A DNA stretch of 32,000 nt from Candidatus Saccharimonadota bacterium (lineage in GTDB: Bacteria; Patescibacteriota; Gracilibacteria; BD1-5; UBA2023). Below are positions 9,617-18,418 of the stretch, piece after piece. Where the stretch lies: positions 450,001 through 482,000 of the forward strand of contig BAAFHK010000001.1 of assembly GCA_042852035.1 (NCBI GenBank), given 5' to 3'. Under the pieces are notes generated by a model. The model saw only the letters and a program-made list of their open reading frames with translations, had not been told where the DNA came from and searched no databases. The first letter of the stretch is position 1. Each line of letters begins with the position of its first letter. The translations under genes and the position numbers were made by a program.

Positions 9617-9654
9617 GGGATGGGAATGGGGCAGGGGACATGGGGCGACGGGGA
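9617..9654 (+). other. G-tract cluster (six runs of G3-4) in an otherwise A+T-rich intergenic region
   Basis: The sequence gggatgggaatggggcaggggacatggggcgacgggg is read directly. On the minus strand it is a C-rich, G-poor tract. Confidence 0.8.
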
Positions 9655-9804
9655 CTAGGAACACGAGTGAGATAAGAAAATAACAAACTGGAATGAAGAA
9701 ATAACAAAAATTAAAACATAGATAATTAATATTTGAATTATTGAAGGTATATTTTTTTATTATCGCTTATAGCCCGAACGAATCATAGGAAATTAAAAAA
9801 TGTT

Positions 9805-9832
9805 TTGACTTCACTTGTCAAAATGATAGAAT
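9805..9832 (+). promoter_or_regulatory. Sigma70-like promoter for the orphan-recombinase operon
   Basis: TTGACT (9805-9810), a 16-nt spacer, then TAGAAT (9827-9832) preceded by TGa (extended -10). The -35 lies inside the inverted repeat TTGAC-N7-GTCAA. The promoter is about 48 nt upstream of ATG 9880. Confidence 0.4.
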
Positions 9833-9879
9833 ATGTATGTCAATTTGTTAGAACTTCTATTTTTTTATACCATACTATC

Positions 9880-10524
9880 ATGGCAACAATGACTAGGGAA
9901 GAGCAGTTAAAATTAAAGGAAGAACAACTTTTTAGTATTTTTGAAAAAAGAATGAAATGAGGGGGAGTAAAAAGTCCTGAAGATTTATGATTCAAAAAGA
10001 GTGACATTATTAATGGGATAAATAGACTAAAATGATGATTCATGAGTCTGGTAAATTTCTCTCCTGAAGTAACCATCCTCAATATTTCATCACAACCTGA
10101 GCTATTAAAAGAGTATCTTAGTGCAATATTTTGATGACTTAATAAAACCTCTGATAAGAAAATATCTCATGATTTTGATTGAATCCTAGAAAAGATAGAT
10201 TCTGAAAATCCAGATAATATGCTCAGTTCATTTATTTATGACTCAATCTCATATTTCCAAGAAAATCCAATCAGCATCACTGATAGTGACTTGGGTTACA
10301 AAGAACTAAAGCTAGCTCAAGATCTCTCTAAAAGGATTGTAAATTGACCTTATAAGATTACAAAGCAAGAACCTGAAATAGAAGCAGAAAATATAGATGT
10401 ACATAAGCTTGTAAAGCTACTTGTTGAGGAAAATCCATCCCTGAGTCAAAGAGATGTAATAAATATATTAAAGAAGCTCTACTGAGTGGAAAAGCTTAAT
10501 GAACTATTGTCCAAGAATAATTAA
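9880..10524 (+). CDS. Hypothetical protein, 214 aa, upstream of the recombinase
   Basis: ATG 9880 to TAA 10522-10524 is open under code 25. I recognised no motif. It lies 10 nt upstream of the recombinase start. Its position suggests a regulatory or directionality role, but that is only inference. Confidence 0.45.
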
Positions 10525-10534
10525 TTTAAACTTT

Positions 10535-12451
10535 ATGGAAAAAGTACTACTTTATGCAAGAAGAAGTAATAAGAAGAATCAAGACAGAGCCATTTCAATT
10601 GAGAAACAATTGGAGGCAATGAGACATTATTGTCATGAAAAATGATATGAGATTGTTGAGGAATTCCATGAAATTCAAAGTAGTTTCAAGGAATGAAAAA
10701 GAATTCAATATGATAAACTCCTTACTGAGATTAAAAATAGAAATGTAAACTGAAAATGAGAAAAAATAGATAAACTCATTGTATATATTGCTTCAAGACT
10801 TTGTAGAAACTCTCAGGAAGCCTTTGAACTTCAATTATTGGTGGAGAATGAAATAGTTATAATAGAAAGTGTAACAGAAAACTTCTGACATACACTTGCA
10901 TGAAAGAGAATGCTAATCAATGCTCTTACTGCTGCTATTTATGAAAGCAAAGAGAAAAGTACTGAAGGAAAAAAGAATATGGATCTCACCTACTCAAGAT
11001 GAGAGGTTGCCTGAGTAGCACCATTCTGATATAAAAAGATTTCCAAGAAGGAGATAGTAACTGTTCCAGAAGAACAAAAGATAGTACAGAAAATATTTGA
11101 TCTTTATAAGACTTGAAAATATACCTTTGAAAAAGTTGCTAATGAGTTAAATAATCTGGGATATATAAAACATAAGAAAGTAAGACCAAGAAATGAGGAT
11201 GGTATAAGAACTATCCTAAAGCCCATTCCAATGAAATTCAATGCAAAAGATATTGAGAATATACTTATCAAAGGGTTTTACTATGGACATATAGATGTAA
11301 CCTATAAAAATCTTACTAAGGAAGAAATAGAATACTTTAAAACAAGGTATCCAGACATTAGTAGTAGCTCAAAAAAGACAATTACTATAGATTATACTCA
11401 TGCAATTCAACTCCATAAACCTTATGATTTTTTCATAGATGAAGAAACTTTTCAAGAATGCTATAGAATTAGATCAGGAAAGGATAAAAAAAAACTTCAA
11501 TTAGTTAGAACTGAAGCTTTAGATGAGGATAAAATTCATCCATGGAGATGAATTCTGAAGTGTTGATGTCAGATGCATGAAGGAAAGAATCCACTTCATT
11601 TACTGAGCTTTACTTCTGAAAAGAAGAAAGGTAAGTATATCTACTATAGATGTAGTTGATTATCAAGAAAAATTGAATGATCAGAAGAACCTGAAAAGCT
11701 CTGTATATCAAAGACTATTAACCAAAAGGAAGTGGAAGAATTACTAAAGCCAGTCCTAGAGCAGTTAGTTTTTACAGATGAAGAAATTAAGATATTTAAA
11801 GATATATTCTTATTGAGTCTTCAAGATGAAAAGAAAACCAAGGAACAAGTTATTCTAGAATTAAAGAATGATATAGCTAGTCAGCAGGGAATAAAGGATG
11901 CATTCATGAAGCAATACAGAGAAGAAACTTTTGCTCCAGTTAAAGAAGATATAAAAAAGGATATAGAGACAACAATGAAACATATAGAGCTACTTCAGAG
12001 TACACTTGAGAAAGAAGAGAATTCAGAGGATTCTAATGATGAAGTGGCAGATATTAAATTATATTTAGAAAGAGTAAAAGACCTAAAAAGTGTAATCAAT
12101 GAACCTATACCTTCAAAAAAACAAAAGAGACTACAATCAATATTTGATTATGTAGTCATATACAATGGCAATCTATTGGACTATAAACTCAATCCTGTAT
12201 TAGAATACCTTCTTAGATGCAATATAAAAAGTTCTACCATTGATAATTGAGACTCTCATAATGAGATTATCAAGGTAGAACCTAAAGAAAGCTGAACTGA
12301 AAGCCAAGAACATTTCCCCTTGTTAGGGGCTACCCCAGAGGGTAGCCCCGCTCAGAATCGAACTGAGGTTCTCGGCTTTGGAGACCGATGTACTAACCGC
12401 TGTACGACAGGGCTAAATATACCAGGAAATTCCTGGTATAAAGACTACTAG
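10535..12451 (+). CDS. Large serine recombinase (resolvase catalytic domain, recombinase domain, zinc ribbon, coiled coil). 638 aa under code 25, or 571 aa if TGA 12248-12250 terminated.
   Basis: The N-terminus MEKVLLYARRSNKKNQDRAISIEKQLEAMRHYC carries the catalytic Ser in the YARRS context. The recombinase domain shows VAPFGYKK. The zinc ribbon is LKCGCQMHEG...YYRCSG...LC, followed by a long charged helical region. There are many internal TGA codons. The first TAA/TAG in frame is TAG 12449-12451. Confidence 0.85.
12343..12414 (-). tRNA. trnW: tRNA-Trp (anticodon CCA)
   Basis: The reverse complement folds as a cloverleaf. Acceptor: AGCCCTG/CGGGGCT. Then U8. D arm: GTAC-AGCGGTTA-GTAC. Anticodon arm: TCGGT-CTCCAAA-GCCGA. 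Variable loop: GAAC. T arm: CTCAG-TTCGATT-CTGAG. Discriminator: A. The 3' CC is encoded but not a full CCA. Confidence 0.85.
12421..12437 (-). promoter_or_regulatory. Hairpin between the tsf stop and the tRNA-Trp 5' end (possible weak terminator or processing site)
   Basis: accaggaa-a-ttcctggt is a perfect 8-bp inverted repeat. It lies 10 nt after the tsf stop and 6 nt before the tRNA 5' end. Confidence 0.35.
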
Positions 12452-13236
12452 ATAGAATATCTTACGAAAGATACAACATTTCCAGCACCGATAAATTCAC
12501 CAACTTTCTGATCAGGATTAACAACAAATGGTTGAGTAAGGAGAGCATTCTCTTCACGGAACTTTGTCATTTTTCCCTCAATAATCTTTGAAAGAATTTC
12601 ATCTGGTTTTCCTGCATTCTTTGGATCTTGCTTCATGATTTCAAGTTGGATTTCACGCTCTTTTGCAACTACATCATCAGATATGTCAGTAGGAGAAACT
12701 ACCTGAGGAGCGGCAGCTACGATATGCATAGCTACTTGTTTTAATTTATCTACATCTGTTCCAGATTTTGCTACGACAACAGAAGCATTTTTCCAGTTAG
12801 AGTGAACATAAGAAGTGATAACTTCACCAGAAATTTCTGTAAGCACTTTGATTACCATATTTTCACCAACTTTGAGTGTATATTCACTTGCCTTAAGTTC
12901 TTCTGCCTTAGTAATTGCTTCCTCATCAGAGGCTGCTGATTTGCGGATATCAATAAAGTGAGAAAGCATTGCTTCAAAAGTCTCATTGCGAGCAACAAAG
13001 TCAGTCTCACAAGTAACAACAGCAACGTATGCCTTTGATCCTTCAACAACAATTTTAATTTTTCCTTCGTTTGTTTCATTTCCTGCGCGCTTAGCCGCCT
13101 TTGCAAGACCTTTTTTTCTAAGAAGATCAATTGCTGCTTCCATATCTCCATTTGCATCAACAAGGGCATTTTTACAGTCAGACATACCAACTCCTGTTCT
13201 TTCTCGGAGTTCTTTAATCATTTGAGGAGTTACCAT
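12448..13236 (-). CDS. tsf: Elongation factor Ts
   Basis: An uninterrupted 262-aa ORF. It has the UBA-like N-terminus MIKELRERTGVGMSDCKNALVDANGDMEAAIDLLRKKG, plus ETDFVARN and the dimerisation/core regions. It is in rpsB-tsf synteny. Confidence 0.95.
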   Translation of the reverse strand: MVTPQMIKELRERTGVGMSDCKNALVDANGDMEAAIDLLRKKGLAKAAKRAGNETNEGKIKIVVEGSKAYVAVVTCETDFVARNETFEAMLSHFIDIRKSAASDEEAITKAEELKASEYTLKVGENMVIKVLTEISGEVITSYVHSNWKNASVVVAKSGTDVDKLKQVAMHIVAAAPQVVSPTDISDDVVAKEREIQLEIMKQDPKNAGKPDEILSKIIEGKMTKFREENALLTQPFVVNPDQKVGEFIGAGNVVSFVRYSI

Positions 13237-13264
13237 AGAGATTCAATTTTAAAAGTTAAATATT

Positions 13265-13606
13265 TTATTTTGTAGAAAACCACTTTCCGATACCAAAAAC
13301 TTGGATAAGCTTATCTGCCTGCTCAAGTATAATTTGTATTACGTATTCCTTCCCACTAAAAGCCTGGAAGGCAAGCCAAAGAGAGACAAGAACGCAAATA
13401 AAATTTAAGAAACTCGCAATTCACATCATACCCCAAAGGAGTGACGAAACGAGAGCAAGAACAAATTCAACAATATTTATAAGAAATCCCTGTTTCATAT
13501 ACTTTACCACAAATGGGGTACGTATATTCATAAGAAACGGTACGAAGAAAGCTATAGAAGCAAATGCTGCGGCAAGCTTTTCTTGTCCTGAACGAGAATC
13601 TTCCAT
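13265..13606 (-). CDS. Small multi-pass membrane protein (DUF4870-like), 113 aa
   Basis: ATG at 13606 to TAA at 13265-13267, with one in-frame TGA (13421-13423). It has hydrophobic helices. The N-terminal QEKLAAAFASIAFFVPFLMNIRTPFVVKYMKQ pattern resembles DUF4870. Confidence 0.45.
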
Positions 13607-13624
13607 ATAAAAATAGCTTAAAGA

Positions 13625-14392
13625 TTATTCGGCTGCCTTTTCTGCTTCAGGCTTTGGTGATTTTTGTGGGAGCTTTTCTGTTTTATTTCCGAGAGGTTTT
13701 CTATCTTCAGTAGAACGACGAGCCTTGATTGAAGATTTTAATTCACCAAGAACAAAAGCAAGTGCCTTTATGGAGTTTACATTACAAGGAACAAAATAAT
13801 CAGCCTTATCAATATCACCTGTGGAACCAAGAAGAGCGATTGATGTTACACCAAGAGTATGCGCTTCAGTAAGAGCAAGATCCTCATAATGACCATCAAC
13901 AACTACAACTAAGTCTGGAGTTCGTTTCATGTCTTTTACTCAAGCATAGGCAATTCTAAGTTTTTCGAGTTCTTTTGTCTTTACTGATACTTCCTTCTTC
14001 GTAAGACCTTCAAGCATTCCATTTGCAAGAGTTGATTCAAGCTCAATATATGTAGCGATTCTTTTCTTAATAGTCGAAAAGTTTGTAAGAAGACCTGGAA
14101 CCCATTTAGAGCTAACATAATAGTGTCCAGTAGATATAGCAAGAGCCTCTACAAGATCTTTTGTTTGAACTTTTGTACCAACAAAGAGGATTGACTTTCC
14201 GCGTGAAGTAAAATCTTCAAGAAGTGCCTTCACTTCTACGAGTTTCTCTGCTGTTTTATAGAGATCGAAAACGTGGACGCCATTTTGGACGCCGTAGATG
14301 TAATCTCGCATTTTTGGAGACCAGTACTCACGCTTGTGTCCGATATGGACTGCGTTATCGAGCATACTCTTTACGAGCGCTGCATGTGACAT
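13625..14392 (-). CDS. rpsB: 30S ribosomal protein S2
   Basis: MSHAALVKSMLDNAVHIGHKREYWSPKM...LFVGTK...WVPGLLTNF...A-[TGA]-VKDMKRTPDLVVVVD...EAHTLGV. The single TGA (13940-13942) aligns with the Gly of the conserved GGIKDM motif. I chose the start at Met 14392 rather than the upstream in-frame Met at 14491. Confidence 0.9.
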
Positions 14393-14479
14393 AAGAAAAA
14401 AGTGTAAAAAAATAATCCTTAACGGGAAGTTTTGTGAGGTACGAGGCACACATAATGCGAGGAAGTACCCTTCTGTATC

Positions 14480-14524
14480 AAAAAATCCCAACTCGAACTC
14501 TCATTTTCCGAGAATGAGTCGGGA
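14480..14524 (-). terminator. Rho-independent terminator after the methyltransferase gene
   Basis: Minus-strand stem CCCGACTC...GAGTTGGG with an inner helix, followed by a TTTTTT run. It lies between the methyltransferase stop (14594) and the rpsB start. Confidence 0.55.
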
Positions 14525-14593
14525 TGATTATAGAGAAAAATAGGGAAAATCAAGTATTTATTCGATGCATTATTTCAGGAAGTCTAAAAGTAA

Positions 14594-15187
14594 TTATTTT
14601 CTATGTAAAACCCCAGTAAATACACCGTTCGAAGAGTATATAAGTCCACTCTCTCAGAAATCACGATCAAATCTATATCCTAATCTTTCAAAGAAAACTA
14701 TCCATCAGTCATGTGTTTTACAATTTATATGGGTCACATCCTTATTTGAACAGTCAAGAAAGAATGCTGTATCATCTTCAAATTGCTTTACTGGAATTCT
14801 TACGATAAGATTCTTTGGCTTATTTTTCAAGGCGGCCCGTATCTCTTCATCGGTCATATGTTCGAATACATCGAGAGAAATTACTGTATCAGGATTGATA
14901 TTCGCTGAGGGGTACATACGAGAATCTAAAGCAAAACCTCACCTTCTTGTTATTTCTCATAAAGCAAATTGGGAGATATCCACTCAAATAACGGTTGCGG
15001 ATGCTCTCTGTGAAATTTCACGAAGCAATAAACCTGTAGCAGCGCCATAATCAACAATCATTGAGATTGTTTTAGGAAAAATATGTACTCAAATAACCCT
15101 TGAGATTTCACTCATCCTTCGCAACCTTTCAGGATTATCGTATCATCCTTCATAGTTTCAAGAAGTAAAATATTTTTTATTAAACAT
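14594..15187 (-). CDS. Class I SAM-dependent methyltransferase, 197 aa
   Basis: ATG at 15187 to TAA at 14594-14596 under code 25. Motif I-like is MIVDYGAATGLL, followed by VIGVDIS, and post-II is ISLDVFEHM. Confidence 0.6.
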
Positions 15188-15200
15188 ACTACAATTCTTG

Positions 15201-15228
15201 TATATACGAATTATAGTATGTTTGTCAA
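15201..15228 (-). promoter_or_regulatory. Candidate promoter for the methyltransferase gene
   Basis: Minus strand: TTGACA (15228-15223), a 16-nt spacer, then TATATA (15206-15201). It lies about 14 nt upstream of the ATG. The AT-rich background makes chance matches likely. Confidence 0.3.
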
Positions 15229-15247
15229 TTAATCTTATTTAGCTTTA

Positions 15248-15895
15248 CTATAGAGTGGCAACTTTATCTTGCACAACTTTCTTTATTGCTACTATGTTTT
15301 CAGAATTATTTGGGATTGCCTGAAAAAAGTCTACTGGAATTCCTAATGCCTCACTCATAGCAATGTCTACTCCTTCAAAATTTTTGATACGATCGTCATA
15401 AAATTCAATCTTTCCTGGAATAAAGCCAAGTTTCAAACAAGTATAAAACATTACTAAAGGCTTTTCTTTTGCATTATAAACAAGTAGTTTTTTTGTACTA
15501 GAAGGGAATCACGATGCATCTACTTTTTCTTTTTGAAAGAAAATATTTCCTGCGGTAAGGATAAAATCATAGGGATTTTCTGGATTAAAGAAATCGCCTA
15601 TATTTTTAAAAATATGTTTCCGCGGTTCTAGAGATGCGACAAAATTCTTAAAACCACTTGGATCATCTGGTGTTGAGTATCTACCCATTATATATCATAT
15701 GGCCTCGTCACCTGAATATTGTCGTAAGTTAGGGTCTACAGCATACCTCACTTGATCATTCATGAGGGTGCCATCAAAATCAACAAATCGAAGTGTGACA
15801 TCTTCTCTTATGCCTTGAGCTCGAAGCTCGAGTAATTTTTTGATTAAGGCCGGAGGAAATTTTATTCATGATGTCTCATTTACTGACTCATTCAT
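15248..15895 (-). CDS. HAD-superfamily hydrolase-like protein, 215 aa
   Basis: ATG at 15895 to TAG at 15248-15250 under code 25. HAD motif I is present as RFVDFDGTLMND. The remainder is divergent. Confidence 0.5.
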
Positions 15896-15969
15896 GCGTA
15901 AATACTATAGTAGTACATTATTATAGTAAATATTTTATATATTGTCAAAATTTGAATTCTTTCTTTCTA

Positions 15970-17442
15970 TTAATATATCTCCGTGCTTTTATGCGAGGTA
16001 CCAACCCATTTATAAAGCATCTGTCCGATATAAAATCAAACGATGGACATAAGGAATGCAAAAAAGTGAGGCGGGAGGGTATAGACCTCTTCCCAGCCAA
16101 GATAAAACTCAAATGATATCCAAACTCAGATACCACTGAGCATCGAAAGAAGAGCAGAAATAGTATGCACCCTTTTGTGGATTATTGCAGCAGCAAGTGG
16201 CACGAAAGCTCAAGCAAGAGTTATTTTGTAAGCATTTTCCACCATGGTAAAAATCTGAGCTTCTTCTTGATTATATTTGTATACTACAAAGCTAATAATG
16301 ATAAGAAAAAAGCCAATAACTGTACCACGAGTAAGAAAAAGGGCTTTTCTGTCGGACATATCTGGAAGAGCCGGACGGAGAATATTTTCCATAAAAAGGG
16401 CTGATGGAGCTAAGAGAGTACCACTTGCCGTAGACATTATCGCTGAAAGGAGAGCTCAAAAAAACATAACCTGTACAAATACTGGAGTTGCCTCAAGTAT
16501 AAGAGTTGGAAGCACTCTTTGAGTATCATCAGAACCATTAACTAATTCTGGAGCAATCATAAATGCGGCAAAGCCAAGCATTATTGGAAGGAACGCAACT
16601 ATAATATAGAGACTTCATCCGATTACTCCTCAACGTTTAGCATTTTCCTTTGAATTTGCAGAAAGTACTCTCTGAAATACATCTTGTTGTGGTATAGATC
16701 CAAATCCCATAGTGAGTACAGCAACCAAAATCGCAATCAATCAAGAAAAGCTCAATCACTCTGGAAAAAGATTAAATTTCCCCGAAATACTCGCTTCCCG
16801 GATAACATGAGAGACTCAAGATGCACCTGGAAGATCCACCACGTATAATGCCGCTATCGTCATACCTACAACGATAATAATCATCTGAAAAAAGTCCGTA
16901 AGAGCTACTGACCACATGCCTCAAAAGAAAGTATAAATTAGCACAATAAGTCCCCCAATAATTGACCAATGCATCTGAGTAAGCACCCCAAAAGCCGATC
17001 CTTCCGTGAGAATATCAAATATAAGCCCAAGAGCAACTATCTGAGCAGAAACCCATCATACGTATGATACAATAATCATCATCGAAGCAAGAAGCTCAAC
17101 TGTCCTTCCATATTTGTTACGATAAAAGTCACCGAGAGTCTTTACTCATGCTTCATAGAGTGGTTTCGCAAAAAAGAATCCTACTAAAATCAAGCAAAGT
17201 CATGCTCAGAAAGGATCTGCCAATATTCCTAAAAGTCATTCATTGAGAAACGTGGATGATGTACCAAGTACCGTTTCGGATCAAAACCATGTAGCAAATG
17301 TTGTCGCTATAACTATATAGAGGGGGAGTCCTCTTCAAGCAAGTATATAATCTGTATCTGTTCTTACCTTTCTACTCGCATAAAGACCGATTCCTATAGA
17401 AATTACAATATAGAGGAGAATCCAAAAGAGAAGGGTATTCAT
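15970..17442 (-). CDS. Sodium:solute symporter family (SSF) transporter, 490 aa
   Basis: ATG at 17442 to TAA at 15970-15972, with the 3' third verified codon by codon under code 25. It has the SSF signature N-terminus LYASRKVRTDTDYILAGRGLPLYIVIATTFATWFGSETVLG and many TM helices. Confidence 0.75.
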
Positions 17443-17463
17443 AGTGAAAATGAAAAAAAATAA

Positions 17464-17787
17464 TTATTCACCGAGCTCAAGAAAAATTACTCAGATAATA
17501 CTGAGTCAAAGTCAAATCAACTGCAATAAGCTTAGTTTTTCATGAAAATAGAAGTAGCTTACCAAAGCAAGAAAGACAATATTTGAAGTCACAAGAATTG
17601 TATTTGCAACTCAGAGATTCTTTCACTTAAGCGTTAAAGAAAAAAGAATAATCCCAATGATATAAAAAACAAAACCTATACCATAAAAGATGTACTTATC
17701 ATGAGTGGCCCATTTTTTCATAAAAATGTCGCCGATAGTAAATAGTGCCCCTCCCGAGATGAGATATATGAGAAAAAGGTGTTTCAT
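17464..17787 (-). CDS. Small 4-TM DMT/SMR-like membrane protein, 107 aa
   Basis: Met at 17787 to TAA at 17464-17466 under code 25. It has four hydrophobic helices (MKHLFLIYLISGGALFTIGDIF...). The upstream extension of the listed ORF (to 17970) looks non-coding. Confidence 0.45.
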
Positions 17788-17971
17788 AAAAGAACCACTA
17801 CAAGTTTCCTCACAGTGGTAAAAGTTAGAATATGAAAGATAAAGAGGTAAACATAGTATGTAAATAACCTCGCACTCTGATTTTAAGAAATAGAATAGGA
17901 AAAGCAAGATTGATTTTATCTTGCCTTTTAATGGTTTTCTATAAAATAAAAACCAATCTAAAAAGCACACT

Positions 17972-18409
17972 ATGGACTATAAGTCATTATTGTTAGAACT
18001 TCTTAAAAATGAAAAGTACCTCTCTCTCGCAACTTCTACAGCATTTGGGCAGCCTTGGGCAACCCCTTTGTGCTTTGTTTATGAAGACGCGAATAGATTG
18101 TACTTCATCTCTCAGAATGAATCACTTCATGCTCTCCATATAGCAGCTAATCCTCATGTTGCATTTAGTATTTTTAATACTCGGCAACCACTTTGAACCT
18201 CATTTTGATCACAGGGAACTGGACTCGTAAAAAAACTCAGTCTTGAAAAAGTTCCCGAGACAATAAGGGAGAGACTTTTTTCTTTGGTATCAATGCCAAT
18301 ACTCCAAAAGGACTACTCATTTTTTCTCATAGAAATCGATGAAATATATCTTCCAGATGAGGAACGTTGGAAGATAGAAAACAATCTCCGAACAAAAATT
18401 GAATTATAA
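17972..18409 (+). CDS. Pyridoxamine 5'-phosphate oxidase-like FMN-binding split-barrel protein, 145 aa
   Basis: ATG 17972 to TAA 18407-18409 under code 25. The pattern LLKNEKYLSLATSTAFGQPWATPLCFVYEDANRLYFISQNESLHALHIAANPHVAFSIF is typical of the family. Confidence 0.6.
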
Positions 18410-18418
18410 TCAAATCTT

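Larger units (their letters stand above)
6142..12451. mobile_element. Putative integrated (mobilizable) element next to tRNA-Trp. The right end is at the tRNA. The left end is undefined and may lie beyond position 1, which would include the Hsp70 cassette.
   Basis: A large serine recombinase directly abuts a tRNA gene. The region also holds an FtsK/T4CP-like ATPase, a Replic_Relax-like protein, orphan genes and a palindrome-rich non-coding region. A+T content and TGA density are visibly higher than in the flanking housekeeping block. Confidence 0.5.

Noticed and set aside
9416-9660. The nested inverted repeats and G-rich tract could be a retron msr/msd or a CRISPR leader/array.
   Set aside because: There is no reverse transcriptase or cas gene anywhere in the window, and no regularly spaced direct repeats.
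12852-13225. Overlapping alternative-frame ORFs inside tsf (112 aa minus, 79 aa plus).
   Set aside because: They have low-complexity composition and no motifs, and they lie fully within a strongly conserved EF-Ts frame. They are frame shadows.
14393-14479. The rpsB leader might hold an S2 autoregulatory structure (GGTAC...GTACC and repeated CCTCG motifs).
   Set aside because: Only a 5-bp inverted repeat can be drawn. The other similarity is direct rather than inverted. This is too weak to call without covariation data.
14486-14524. The GTTCGAGTT-containing stem on the minus strand looked like a tRNA T-arm.
   Set aside because: No acceptor, D or anticodon arms can be built around it. It is a stem-loop followed by a T-run right after the methyltransferase stop, so it is a terminator.
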